Shown: piece after piece, positions 43,742-53,764 of the stretch
Position numbering within the stretch: position 1 is the stretch's first letter
How the letters are laid out: each line of letters begins with the position of its first letter
Assembly: GCA_041397675.1 (NCBI GenBank)
Contig: JAWKWG010000012.1
Coordinates: 2,970 to 66,969, forward strand
Length of the DNA: 64,000 nucleotides
Direction: 5' to 3'
Source: Hyphomicrobiales bacterium
GTDB lineage: Bacteria; Pseudomonadota; Alphaproteobacteria; Rhizobiales; Methyloligellaceae
Position numbers and translations under genes: made by a program
Notes under the pieces: generated by a model
What the model saw: only the letters and a program-made list of their open reading frames with translations
Told to the model about the DNA's origin: nothing
Databases searched by the model: none

Positions 43742-45301
43742 ATGACACTCTATCGCGGGTTCGCCACCGTCGGCGGCATGACGGTCGTCAGCCGGATCCT
43801 CGGCTTCGTTCGCGACATTCTAATTGCCGCGATCCTTGGCGCCTCATCCATCACAGACGCCTTCTTCGTCGGCTTCCGCGTGCCGAACATGTTCCGGCGC
43901 ATCTTCGCCGAAGGGGCTTTCAACGCGGCCTTCATTCCACTGTTCACCAAGAAGCTTCACGCCGAAGGCGACGAAGCCGCGCGCGACTTCGCCGCGAAGG
44001 CGCTCGCGGGCCTCACGGTGGTGCTGGTTGCGTTCGTGGTTCTCGCCGAGATCGCCATGCCGTGGGTGATTCTGCTGCTGGCGCCCGGCTTTGCCGAGGA
44101 TCCCGACAAGTTCCGGCTCGCCGTGCTGCTCGGTCGCATCGCGATGCCTTATCTCGTCTTCATGTCTTGGGTCGCGCTCTACACCGGACTGCTCAATGCG
44201 CTCGGACGTTTCGCCGTCGCGGCCTTCGCCCCGAGTCTGCTCAATGTCGTTCTGATCTTGGTGTTGATCGGTCTAGTCGCCACCGGCCACGGCGAGCAGA
44301 CGGTTGCGGGCATCGCGCTGGCCTGGGGCGTGGTGGTCTCGGGCTTGCTGCAAGTTAGCATCGTCGCCTTCGCGGCGATCCGCGCCGGCCTCCGCCTCAA
44401 GCTCGAGCGTCCGGCGCTGACGCCGGACATGAAGCGATTGGTCCGCCTCGCCGTGCCGGGAATGATCGCCGGCGGCATGGCGCAGATCACCATTGTCATC
44501 TCCACCATCATCGCAAGCCTTCAGGACCAGGTCGTGTCCTGGCTCTACTACGCCGACCGCATCTTCCAGCTGCCGCTCGGCCTGATCGGCGTCGCCGTCG
44601 GCGTGGTACTGTTGCCGGATCTCAGCCACAAGTTACGCACCGGGAATCACAAGGCGGTCATCGACAGCGAGAACCGCGCGCTCGAGTTCTCGCTCCTGCT
44701 GACCGTTCCCGCCGCCGTGGCGCTGTTCATTGCCTCATGGCCGATCATGCGCGTGCTGTTCGAGCGCGGGGCTTTCACCACGGTCGATGCGCGCGCCACC
44801 GCCGGCATGCTCTCCGCACTCGCGATAGGTCTGCCCGCCTATGTGCTGGTCAAGGCGCTGCAGCCGAGCTTCTTCGCTCGCGAGGACACCAAGACGCCGA
44901 TGATCTATGCGGGCATTGCCATGGGTTCGAACGCGGTGCTCAGCTTCGTGCTGTTCACGGTGCTTGGCGCTGTCGGCATCGCCGTCGCCACCAGCCTCGC
45001 CGGCTGGATCAACGTGGTGCTGCTAGCCGTTGAACTGCGGCGACGCGGCGAGTTCGAGCTCGACGATCAATTCCGCCGCGCCTTCCTCGGCATTGTGGCG
45101 GCGAGCATCGCCATGGGTGTGGTGCTGTGGTGGCTCACCGCCATGCTCGAGCCCTGGTACGCGCCGGAGCAGGGTATCGTCGTGCAGGTCCTGGCGTTGA
45201 CCGGCCTCATCGGGGCTGGGCTCGGCACGTATCTGGTGGTCGGTGTCTTCGCCGGCGCGATGAAGCCGAGGACGCTGCTCAAGGATCTTCTGGGCCGCTG
45301 A
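43742..45301 (+). CDS. murJ: Lipid II flippase MurJ (MviN)
   Basis: SRILGFVRD, PNMFRRIFAEGAF, YYADRIFQLP, FERGAF. Confidence 0.97.
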   Translation: MTLYRGFATVGGMTVVSRILGFVRDILIAAILGASSITDAFFVGFRVPNMFRRIFAEGAFNAAFIPLFTKKLHAEGDEAARDFAAKALAGLTVVLVAFVVLAEIAMPWVILLLAPGFAEDPDKFRLAVLLGRIAMPYLVFMSWVALYTGLLNALGRFAVAAFAPSLLNVVLILVLIGLVATGHGEQTVAGIALAWGVVVSGLLQVSIVAFAAIRAGLRLKLERPALTPDMKRLVRLAVPGMIAGGMAQITIVISTIIASLQDQVVSWLYYADRIFQLPLGLIGVAVGVVLLPDLSHKLRTGNHKAVIDSENRALEFSLLLTVPAAVALFIASWPIMRVLFERGAFTTVDARATAGMLSALAIGLPAYVLVKALQPSFFAREDTKTPMIYAGIAMGSNAVLSFVLFTVLGAVGIAVATSLAGWINVVLLAVELRRRGEFELDDQFRRAFLGIVAASIAMGVVLWWLTAMLEPWYAPEQGIVVQVLALTGLIGAGLGTYLVVGVFAGAMKPRTLLKDLLGR

Positions 45302-45343
45302 TTTCTGCGAAAAAACTGTGGTTTTCCAAGACGTGACTCTCCG

Positions 45344-45364
45344 TTATGTTGCACTGCAACATAA
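45344..45364. promoter_or_regulatory. Perfect 21-bp palindrome, PhaR/AniA-like operator
   Basis: TTATGTTGCA-C-TGCAACATAA (TGC-N3-GCA core) directly upstream of the RBS of the CoA-ester lyase. Confidence 0.6.
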
Positions 45365-45382
45365 GACGTGAGGGACTTAGAC

Positions 45383-46273
45383 ATGGAAGGCCGCCCGCGC
45401 CGCAGCGTGCTCTATATGCCAGGCTCGAATGAACGGGCGCTGGAAAAAGCAAAAACCATTCCCGCCGATGCGCTCATCCTCGATCTCGAGGATGCCGTCG
45501 CGCCCGACGCCAAGGTCCAGGCCCGCGAGCAGGTCTGCGCCGCGGTGAAGAACGGCGGCTATGGTGGCCGCGAGGTGGTGATCCGCGTCAACGCGCTCGA
45601 GACGCCGTGGGGCGCTGACGACTTGGTCGCCGCATGCGATGCCGCACCGGACGCGATCCTCGTGCCCAAGGTCGTGCATTCCGGCGATATCATCTCCGCC
45701 GCCAAGATCCTGCAAAGCGTGCACGCGCCTGAGAAGGTGCGGCTATGGGCCATGATGGAAACGCCCATGGCAATCCTCAACGCGCGCACCATCGCCGCCA
45801 CCGCCGTCTACGAGCATAACCGGCTGTGCTGCCTCGTCATGGGCACCAATGATCTGATCAAGGAATCGCGGGCCCGCGCGCTGCACGACCGCTTCGCCGT
45901 CGTGCCGTGGCTCGCCATGACGCTCGTCGCCGCGCGCGCCTACAAGCTCGACATTATCGACGGCGTCTACAACGACTTCCGCGACGAGGCGGGCTTGCGC
46001 GAGGAATGCGAGCGCGGTCGCATCCTTGGCATGGACGGCAAGACCTTGATCCATCCGAGTCAGGTGGGGCCGTGCAACGAGATCTTCTCGCCGACGCAAG
46101 AGGAGGTCGAATGGTCGCGCAAGATCATCGACGCCTTCGGCCAACCCGAGAATGAGAAGAAGGGCGTGATCGTGGTCGACGGACACATGGTCGAGCGTCT
46201 CCACTTCACCATGGCCCAGCGCACCGTCGCCATCGCCGACCAGATCAACGAGATGGAAACCGCCTGCCGCTAG
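45383..46273 (+). CDS. CitE/HpcH-family CoA ester lyase (malyl-CoA lyase/thioesterase-like)
   Basis: RPRRSVLYMPG, LDLEDAV, VIRVN, MMET, MGTNDL, GKTLIHP. Confidence 0.9.
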   Translation: MEGRPRRSVLYMPGSNERALEKAKTIPADALILDLEDAVAPDAKVQAREQVCAAVKNGGYGGREVVIRVNALETPWGADDLVAACDAAPDAILVPKVVHSGDIISAAKILQSVHAPEKVRLWAMMETPMAILNARTIAATAVYEHNRLCCLVMGTNDLIKESRARALHDRFAVVPWLAMTLVAARAYKLDIIDGVYNDFRDEAGLREECERGRILGMDGKTLIHPSQVGPCNEIFSPTQEEVEWSRKIIDAFGQPENEKKGVIVVDGHMVERLHFTMAQRTVAIADQINEMETACR

Positions 46274-46332
46274 GCCGGTCTTGCGCGAAAGCCTGCCCCA
46301 AGCCATAACCCGCGGGGCCACAGGGGCAAGCC

Positions 46333-47378
46333 ATGCCAGAAGCAGCCAAACATAAGACCCGGGTGTTCTCCGGTGTTCAGCCGACCGGCAATCTCCATCT
46401 CGGCAACTATCTCGGCGCCATCACGCGGTTCGTGGCGCTCCAGGCCGAGCATGATTGCCTCTATTGCGTGGTCGATCTCCACGCCATCACCGTGTTCCAG
46501 GACCCCGACGAGCTGGCCCACAACACCCGTGAGGTGACGGCGGCGTTCATCGCATCGGGCATCGACCCCACGCGGCAGATCATCTTCAACCAGAGCCAAG
46601 TGTCCGGCCACGCCGAGCTTGCCTGGATCTTCAATTGCGTGGCGCGGCTCGGCTGGCTCAACCGCATGACCCAGTTCAAGGAGAAGGCGGGCAAGGATCG
46701 CGAGAACGCCTCCGCCGGGCTCTACGTCTACCCGAACCTGATGGCCGCCGACATTCTGCTCTATCACGCGACCCACGTGCCGGTGGGCGAGGACCAGAAG
46801 CAGCATCTCGAGCTTGCCCGCGACATCGCCCAGAAGTTCAACAACGACTTCGCCGAGACCATTGCGCGCGAGGACTATCCCGACGGGTTCTTCCCGCTGC
46901 CGGAGCCGATCATCACCGGACCTGCGACCCGCGTCATGAGTCTCCGCGACGGCACCAAGAAGATGTCGAAGTCGGACCCCTCGGACCTGAGCCGCATCAA
47001 TCTCACGGACGACGCCGATGCCATCGCCAAGAAGATCAAGAAGGCCAAGACCGATCCCGAGCCGCTGCCGTCCGAGGTGAAGGGCTGGAGGCGCGGCCCG
47101 AGGCCGACAACTTGATCGGCATCTATGCGGCGCTTGCGGAGACGACCAAGGAGGCTGTGTTGCGCGACTACGGCAACGCACCGTTCTCCAAGTTCAAGGA
47201 GGCGCTCGCCGAGCTTGCCACGACCAAGCTCACGCCGATCGGCGACGAAATACGCCGCCTGATGGCGGACCCGGTCGAGATCGACCGCATCCTCGCCGAC
47301 GGCGCACGTCGCGCCCACGACATCGCCGACCCGATCCTGGCCAAGACCAAGGACATCGTCGGCTTCATCAGAAGCTAG
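46333..47378 (+). CDS. trpS: Tryptophanyl-tRNA synthetase (frameshift near 47085)
   Basis: [35 protein letters not shown]. Confidence 0.97.
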
Positions 47379-47382
47379 GAAG

Positions 47383-48039
47383 TTAGGCTTCGACCCCGGT
47401 GCCGATGGGGCACGAGACGCCGGTGCCGCCGAGCCCGCAATAGCCCGCCGGATTCTTGGCGAGGTATTGCTGGTGATAGCCTTCGGCGAAATAGAAGGTC
47501 GGTGCCGGCAGGATCTCGGTGGTGATGGGGCCCATGCCGCTGGCGCGGAGTGCCGTCTCGTACGCCGCCTTGGACTCTTCCGCCGCACGGCGCTGCTCGT
47601 CGTTGTAAGTGTAGATGCCCGAGCGGTACTGGGTGCCGACGTCGTTTCCTTGGCGCATGCCTTGGGTCGGGTCGTGGCTCTCCCAGAACACTTTCAACAA
47701 CTGCTCGTAGCTCACCGTCTTGGGATCGAACACGACGAACACCGCCTCGGTATGCCCGGTTCTCCCTGAGCACACCTCCTCGTAGGTCGGATTCGGTGTC
47801 GGGCCGCCCGCATAGCCCACGGCCGTCACGATGACGCCAGGCACCTGCCAGAACTTCCGCTCCGCGCCCCAAAAGCAGCCGAGCCCGAACAGCGCCATCT
47901 CCGCGCCTTGCGGGTAGGGGCCCTTGAGGGGCGCATGGGTGACGTAATGCTCGCCGGCCGTCGGGATGGCGTCTTTGCGGCCGGGCAGGGCCTCTTCGGC
48001 CGAAGGAATGGAAAGGGGCTTCCGCTTGAATGAGAACAT
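47383..48039 (-). CDS. msrA: Peptide methionine sulfoxide reductase MsrA
   Basis: [38 protein letters not shown]. Confidence 0.97.
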   Translation of the reverse strand: MFSFKRKPLSIPSAEEALPGRKDAIPTAGEHYVTHAPLKGPYPQGAEMALFGLGCFWGAERKFWQVPGVIVTAVGYAGGPTPNPTYEEVCSGRTGHTEAVFVVFDPKTVSYEQLLKVFWESHDPTQGMRQGNDVGTQYRSGIYTYNDEQRRAAEESKAAYETALRASGMGPITTEILPAPTFYFAEGYHQQYLAKNPAGYCGLGGTGVSCPIGTGVEA

Positions 48040-48077
48040 GGAGGTCTCCGTTAGGTCACTCCCCCGAACACTGCCCC

Positions 48078-48395
48078 CTAATTGATGAACACCTCGACCT
48101 CTTTCCGCTTCTGGCCAAGCCAGTAGAGGAACACGCCGAGAATGCCGAACACGACCCAGGTCGGCGCGCTCAATATCCCCAGGATCACCGGGTCCCATAG
48201 CCACGCGCCGGCATTGGTCTCGATCCACTTCTTGGTGACGTCGATCGTGTCAGGCGCGAGTTGCCGCCATTGGTCGCCCATGGGCGTAACCACCCACGCG
48301 CCGCCCCCCGCCAGGCTCTTGGTGGCGTCGACGACGGCGGCAACCATGGCAAGCAGAAGCAGCCAGACGCCAAGAATGCGAAGGACAAAACGCAT
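48078..48395 (-). CDS. Small conserved membrane protein
   Basis: Two TM segments; D...S, W....P, WDPV, P.W motifs. Confidence 0.75.
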   Translation of the reverse strand: MRFVLRILGVWLLLLAMVAAVVDATKSLAGGGAWVVTPMGDQWRQLAPDTIDVTKKWIETNAGAWLWDPVILGILSAPTWVVFGILGVFLYWLGQKRKEVEVFIN

Positions 48396-48507
48396 GAGCG
48401 GTTAGTGGTGGATCGCAGGTTCCCTGCCTACATAAGCCATCGCCCGATCACATTCAAACCGTGCTTTTGTCACGTTCCGGCGAGCGGCCCGCGAGCAAAG
48501 GGCTTGC

Positions 48508-48535
48508 TTGAACGGGAGGGGGCCTTCGCTATAGT
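48508..48535 (+). promoter_or_regulatory. Putative sigma70 promoter of tRNA-Ser
   Basis: TTGAAC-N16-TATAGT followed by a GC-rich discriminator. Confidence 0.5.
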
Positions 48536-48559
48536 GCGGCGCTTTCCGAGCGCCTTTTA

Positions 48560-48649
48560 GGAGAGGTGGCCGAGTGGTCGAAGGCGCACGCCTGGAACGC
48601 GTGTAGGCGGGCAACCGTCTCGAGGGTTCGAATCCCTCCCTCTCCGCCA
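48560..48649 (+). tRNA. tRNA-Ser(GGA)
   Basis: 90 nt with long variable arm, CACGC-CTGGAAC-GCGTG anticodon arm, GGTTCGAATCC, encoded CCA. Confidence 0.96.
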
Positions 48650-48741
48650 GCCTGCTTCGCGCGGCCACGCCAAAACGCCCACTTCCGCGCGGGCCACGGA
48701 CCGGCTAGAACCGCGCGCTTGCCTTCGGACACCGCGCCCCC

Positions 48742-49605
48742 ATGAACCAAGTCGTCAAGAACGTGTCGGACACGGCCTTCCTCGTGGCCGCGTTGCGGGC
48801 GCGCGAGATGGAGCGTCCCGACCCGCTCTTCCGGGATCCCTTGGCGCACAAGCTTGCGGGCGAGCACGGCCAGGCCATTCTCGCCACAGTGCCGAAGCGC
48901 TTCCCGGCGACCTGGTCGGTGGTGATCCGCACCGTGATCATCGACGACTACATCGCGGACGCCGTGAAGAACGGCGTCGACACCGTCGTCAATCTCGGAG
49001 CCGGTCTCGACACGCGGCCCTACCGCATGAATTTGCCGGACTCGCTTCAGTGGATCGAGGTCGACTTCCCTCATGTCATCGATCTGAAAGCCGAGCGCCT
49101 TGCCGGCGAGCGGCCCAATTGCCAGCTCGAGCACGTGAAGCTCGATCTCACGGACCGGCCTGCGCGGCAGAAATTCTTCGCCGAGGTCAACGCGCGCGGC
49201 AAAGCCATCCTCGTCCTGACCGAGGGCGTCACGCCTTATCTTGTTGAGGACGAAGTCGGCAGGCTCGCCGACGATCTTCGTGCGATGGACAAGCTGCGTT
49301 ACTGGATCGTCGACTACTTCTCGCCGCTGGTGAACAAGTATTATGGCGCGAAGGGCCGCGCGCGCTTCATGAAGGCCGCGCCCTTCGTGTTTCAGCCTAA
49401 GGACTGGTTCGGCTTCTTCGCCGCCCATGGCTGGAAGGCGGAGCAAGTCCGCTATCTCTCCGACGAGGGCGAGCGGCTGAAGCGGCCGCTGCCGATGCGC
49501 CCTTTGATGAAGCTGTGGCTGCGATTTGTCAGCATGGTTGCGAGCCCGGAGCGCCAGCGCGCCATGCGGAGCTACGCGGCCTATGTGCTCCTGATCCCGA
49601 AATAG
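48742..49605 (+). CDS. LCM/ML2640-like SAM-dependent methyltransferase
   Basis: [34 protein letters not shown]. Confidence 0.9.
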   Translation: MNQVVKNVSDTAFLVAALRAREMERPDPLFRDPLAHKLAGEHGQAILATVPKRFPATWSVVIRTVIIDDYIADAVKNGVDTVVNLGAGLDTRPYRMNLPDSLQWIEVDFPHVIDLKAERLAGERPNCQLEHVKLDLTDRPARQKFFAEVNARGKAILVLTEGVTPYLVEDEVGRLADDLRAMDKLRYWIVDYFSPLVNKYYGAKGRARFMKAAPFVFQPKDWFGFFAAHGWKAEQVRYLSDEGERLKRPLPMRPLMKLWLRFVSMVASPERQRAMRSYAAYVLLIPK

Positions 49606-49646
49606 CTTGCGGTAGAGGGCCGATCTGCGCCACCTCTAGGCGCGCG

Positions 49647-50609
49647 ATGTCCGAGAAAGACGTTCTCACGGTCCTGGAGAAGCGGAGGGGGAGGCGCCAC
49701 GCGCGCCAGCGCCTCGGCATCGAGAAGGACCATGAGGCCCAGATCTTCGGCCAGGGCCTCAACTTCTTCCATATCGAGAACATGCCCATGGGCCGGGCCC
49801 TGATCCGCGGCGGTTTGAAGGTGGCTGGGCTCTACGGCCGGGGCTTGCGCAATGCCGCCAAGGTCGAACTCCGGCGAAATCCAATTCTCGCGCCGCATCT
49901 GCCCAAGGCGTTCGACGGCTTCAACATCCTCCAGCTCAGCGACCTGCATGTGGAAATGAGCGAGGCCGCAATGACGCGGGTCGTCGAGCTTCTCGGTACG
50001 ATCTGCTACGACCTCTGCGTCCTCACCGGCGACTATCGCGGCGAGACCTGGGGACCCTACGACGCCGCGCTTGCCGGCACCGCCAAGGTGTGCGCCGCGC
50101 TCAAAGGGCCGGTCTATGGCGTGCTCGGTAATCACGACACGATTCTCATGGTGCCGGGTCTCGAAGCGATGGGCGTCAAGATGTTGCTCAACGAAGCCGA
50201 TGTCATCGAGCGTGGCGGCGAGCGCATCCATCTCGCCGGCGTCGACGACGCGCATTTCTATCGCATGGATAACATCGAGAAGGCGGCCGAGAAGATTCCC
50301 CACGAGGAGTTCTCCGTCCTCGTCACGCACACGCCCGAGATCTACCGTCAGGCCGCGCACGCAGACTTCGACGTGTTGTTGAGCGGCCATACCCACGGCG
50401 GTCAGATCTGCCTTCCCGGCGGCGTGCCGATCACCCTGAGTGCAGTGCTGCCGCGCGCGCTGGGCAAGGGCGCTTGGCGTCATCACGGCATGATCGGCTA
50501 CACCTCGGTCGGCACCGGCTCGTCGGTCGTGCCGGTGAGGTTCAATTGCCCGCCCGAGATCACTCTGCACGAGTTGCGCCGGTCAGAGCCTGCCGATCAG
50601 GCCAACTAG
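49647..50609 (+). CDS. YkuE/YaeI/LpxG-like calcineurin-type metallophosphoesterase
   Basis: SDLH, TGDY, GNHD, THTP, GHTHGGQ, RFNCPPE. Confidence 0.92.
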   Translation: MSEKDVLTVLEKRRGRRHARQRLGIEKDHEAQIFGQGLNFFHIENMPMGRALIRGGLKVAGLYGRGLRNAAKVELRRNPILAPHLPKAFDGFNILQLSDLHVEMSEAAMTRVVELLGTICYDLCVLTGDYRGETWGPYDAALAGTAKVCAALKGPVYGVLGNHDTILMVPGLEAMGVKMLLNEADVIERGGERIHLAGVDDAHFYRMDNIEKAAEKIPHEEFSVLVTHTPEIYRQAAHADFDVLLSGHTHGGQICLPGGVPITLSAVLPRALGKGAWRHHGMIGYTSVGTGSSVVPVRFNCPPEITLHELRRSEPADQAN

Positions 50610-51094
50610 TAAGGCTCGTCGCGGACCCGGAGCTTGAACAGGAGCCGCGACACCACGAGGCTCGCCACAAAGAAGATCGCCGTGCCGAGCAGGACGTCGA
50701 GCAAGCTGAGCGGCACCAGAAGCGCCGCGGCGGCAAACGGCAGCAACGATTCGGGAATCTGATCGAGGCCGAGCGCCATACCGCTCGGCGGAATGCCGAG
50801 GCGTCGCTTGACGAAACTCGACAGCACGTCGCCGGCCATGGCGGCGAAGGCAACCACGGCGCCGAGCTTCCAGCCAAGTCCCATCAGCACCGCGAGAACG
50901 ATCGTCACCACCAGGGACGCCGCGACACCGCGGATCGTCTTTGAGGCACCAAGCAGCGGACGCCCATCGGCGAGAGTTACGCCGCCGTCGAGCGGCGCGG
51001 CGAGGGTGTTGCCGGCGGCTCTCTTGAGCAAAAGCGGTGCCGCATTGGCCACGCCGATGAGCACGAGGAGTTCAAAGACCAGAATCAGATGCAT
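50606..51094 (-). CDS. CarS-like (CDP-archaeol synthase / DUF46) membrane cytidylyltransferase
   Basis: ANAAP, PLDGG..LADGRPLLG.SKT.RG, GDVLSSFVKRRLG, LDQ. Confidence 0.85.
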   Translation of the reverse strand: MHLILVFELLVLIGVANAAPLLLKRAAGNTLAAPLDGGVTLADGRPLLGASKTIRGVAASLVVTIVLAVLMGLGWKLGAVVAFAAMAGDVLSSFVKRRLGIPPSGMALGLDQIPESLLPFAAAALLVPLSLLDVLLGTAIFFVASLVVSRLLFKLRVRDEPY

Positions 51095-51215
51095 GTCCGA
51101 TCTATAGGGCACGGGCGCTCCCCGGGCTATGTGCCAACCCGCTAGGAAATGACCTCTTGCCCTTCGGGTGGGCTTTGGCCCAATTCTTCCCGCCGATCTT
51201 TGAGCAGGAATCATC

Positions 51216-52457
51216 ATGGCGATGGAAGCGCAGAGCAGCACGCGAGGCGGCGCGGCCCAGCAGACCGCGGTCGCGGTGCTGGCCGCGATCAGCGTCTGTC
51301 ACATGATGAACGACGTGATCCAGTCGCTGATCATGGCGATCTACCCCATGCTCAAATCGAGCCTCGCGCTCGACTTCGCCCAGATCGGCTTCATCACCTT
51401 CACCTTCCAGGCGACGGCCTCGGTGCTCCAGCCTTTGGTCGGCTACGTCACCGACCGCTATCCCACGCCATACTCGCTCGTTGCCGGCATGGGCTCGTCG
51501 CTGCTCGGGCTTCTCCTGATCGCTTTTGCCTCGACCTATTGGGCGGTGCTTGCCGGAGCCGCGATGATCGGCATGGGCTCGTCGGTGTTTCATCCGGAAT
51601 CGTCGCGGGTGGCACGGCTTGCATCAGGCGGGCGCCACGGCATGGCGCAGTCGGTGTTTCAGGTCGGCGGCAATTTCGGCACGGCGTTGGGTCCGCTGCT
51701 CGCGGCATTCATCGTGCTGCCTTTCGGGCAGGGCAGCATCGCCTGGTTCTCGGTGGTGGCGTTGCTCGCCATGGTGCTGCTTACCGGTGTCGGCACCTGG
51801 TACGGCAAGACCATCAAGTTGAAGCCCGTGTCTCACGCCGAAGAGCGCAAGGCGATCGCCGAGCTCAGCCGCCGCAAGGTGGCGAAGTCGATTCTGATCC
51901 TGATCACGCTCTCCTTCTCCAAGCACTTCTATTTGGTGTCGATCACGAGCTTCTACATTTTCTATCTGATCCACACCTTCGATCTGCCGGTGCAGACGGC
52001 GCAGCTCTATCTGTTCCTGTTCTTGGGCGCGGTGGCGGCCGGCACCGTGATCGGCGGCCCGATCGGCGACCGCATCGGTACGCGGCGGGTGATCTGGTGG
52101 TCGATCTTCGGCGTGCTGCCGTTCACTTTGGCGCTGCCCTATGTCGGGCTGGTGTGGACCGCCGTGTTGAGCGTCGTCATCGGTCTCATCCTCGCGTCGG
52201 CGCATCCGGCCATCATCGTCTACGCCCAGACGCTGTTGCCCGGCCGGGTCGGCATGGTCGCCGGGCTGTTCTTTGGGCTCGCTTTCGGCATCGCCGGCAT
52301 CGGCGCGGCACTTCTAGGACGACTAGCGGATGCAACGAGCATCACGTTCGTCTATCACGTGTGCGCCTTCCTCCCGGCCATCGGTCTGCTCGCGGCGTTT
52401 CTGCCGGAGACGACGAAGCCAAAGCAACGCCGGCGTCAGAAAAATTCGGACGCGTAA
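51216..52457 (+). CDS. MFS transporter, Fsr (fosmidomycin resistance) family
   Basis: H..ND..QSL, QP.VG..TD, VFHPESSR, FQVGGN.G, GGPIGDRIG. Confidence 0.9.
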   Translation: MAMEAQSSTRGGAAQQTAVAVLAAISVCHMMNDVIQSLIMAIYPMLKSSLALDFAQIGFITFTFQATASVLQPLVGYVTDRYPTPYSLVAGMGSSLLGLLLIAFASTYWAVLAGAAMIGMGSSVFHPESSRVARLASGGRHGMAQSVFQVGGNFGTALGPLLAAFIVLPFGQGSIAWFSVVALLAMVLLTGVGTWYGKTIKLKPVSHAEERKAIAELSRRKVAKSILILITLSFSKHFYLVSITSFYIFYLIHTFDLPVQTAQLYLFLFLGAVAAGTVIGGPIGDRIGTRRVIWWSIFGVLPFTLALPYVGLVWTAVLSVVIGLILASAHPAIIVYAQTLLPGRVGMVAGLFFGLAFGIAGIGAALLGRLADATSITFVYHVCAFLPAIGLLAAFLPETTKPKQRRRQKNSDA

Positions 52458-52822
52458 ACCTCGAGGCCCAACCAGTTGACAAGATGACGGCGCGTGATCG
52501 CACGCCCGCGGCATCGCTGTTCAAAAAGCGTCTTTGTTTTGTCTTGGTCACTTGCTCAAACAACAACGCAAAGGCGTGGAATTTCGCAGCTTGGTCGGGT
52601 CAATGCTCGGCGCGACTGGCTAGATCACAGAACGCGAGACTCCACCAAAGGTTGGGGCTAGTATGACACTCAGTGGCGCCGATGCTGAGGCTGTGTCCGG
52701 CGCTTTTCCGTAACAGTTCCGCGTACTTGCCGAACGGCGGTCGGCAGGCATGTTGTGTGCTTGCATAACCTCCTGTTCGGCCTGTCGTTCTGTTCAGGTC
52801 AGTGATCTAGGGGGTATTTTCG

Positions 52823-53764
52823 ATGCGTGATATTCGCGGGGACCTGCAAGACCGCGCGAGCTTCCTTGAGGAGCAAATAAACGCGGCGCAGGCACACTTC
52901 GACCAACTTATCGGACAATTGAAACAAGAACATGAGGCCCGTCTCGCGGAGCTGACGGACGAGCTTGAGGCTGTGACGACCTTGATCGAGGTCGAGCACA
53001 GGCGGCTTACAAGCGCGGCGCCTGTACAGGAGCCGGAGCCACGTCGCCGTCAAGCGCCGCCGCCTGAGGCGGAACCGCGTCGTCACGCGAGTGCGCCGCC
53101 GGTACACGAAGCGGAGCACCACCGTCGCGCGCCCGAGGCCGAGCCCTATCGCCGGCCGGAGCCGGAGCACGAGAGGCGGCCCGCGATGCAGGCTGCGGAG
53201 GCTCCGCGCCAACATCAGGCCGAGGCCGAGCCTTATCGCCGTCCCACGCCGCCGCCTGAGCCGGAGCACTACCGCCGGCCTGTGGCCCAAGACGCCGAGG
53301 CGCCACGCCGCCCGCAGGCCGAAGCCGAGCCGTATCGCCGGCCAGTCGCTCAGGAGGCGGAGTACCAGCGCCGCCCGGCGCCGACCCAAACGGCCATGCG
53401 TGCGCCAGAGCCAGAGGAGGACCGCCGTCCGGCAGCACCTCAGGTCTATCGCCGTCCGCCGATGGCCTCAGCCCAGGAGCCGGAGCAACGCCGGCCTGCG
53501 CCGAGCGCGCCTCAGCCGCAAAGCCAAGCGCCGCTCGCCGATTTCCTCATTCGCAAGCTGAATGAGATCGGCGCCATGACGCTCGACGATCTCTGCCACC
53601 TCGCGGTGCAGGAAGGTTACTTTGCGCGCGGTGAGATCGCCGATCGTGGGGTTCACGTGACGCTCATGAACGTGGTCAAGGCGGGCTTCATCCGGCAGTT
53701 GCCGAATGGCACCTTCGCCCCGGCGACGGTCATGGACACGATCAGGCTGCGGCGCGCGATCTAA
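52823..53764 (+). CDS. Hypothetical protein: coiled coil + Pro/Arg/Glu repeat linker + winged-helix-like C-terminus
   Basis: 313-aa ORF with AGGGGG RBS; three-part architecture visible in the translation. Confidence 0.8.
   Translation: MRDIRGDLQDRASFLEEQINAAQAHFDQLIGQLKQEHEARLAELTDELEAVTTLIEVEHRRLTSAAPVQEPEPRRRQAPPPEAEPRRHASAPPVHEAEHHRRAPEAEPYRRPEPEHERRPAMQAAEAPRQHQAEAEPYRRPTPPPEPEHYRRPVAQDAEAPRRPQAEAEPYRRPVAQEAEYQRRPAPTQTAMRAPEPEEDRRPAAPQVYRRPPMASAQEPEQRRPAPSAPQPQSQAPLADFLIRKLNEIGAMTLDDLCHLAVQEGYFARGEIADRGVHVTLMNVVKAGFIRQLPNGTFAPATVMDTIRLRRAI
53027..53500 (+). repeat. Degenerate coding tandem repeats (about 11 E[AP]E-x1-2-RR(P) units)
   Basis: GCCGAGCC[CTG]TATCGCCG occurs three times (EAEPYRRP); a higher-order unit of about 30 aa is duplicated. 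Confidence 0.85.

Noticed and set aside
48560-52457. Integrative element or prophage at tRNA-Ser (and at tRNA-Ala)
   Set aside because: No integrase, no duplicated tRNA 3' end seen and no obvious compositional shift
52775-52795. GTTC repeats as a LexA box before the repeat protein
   Set aside because: Spacing is N8 (and N1), not the required N7
53027-53500. Repeats considered as a CRISPR array or non-coding repeat
   Set aside because: Degenerate at third codon positions, irregular spacing, in frame inside a CDS, and no cas genes
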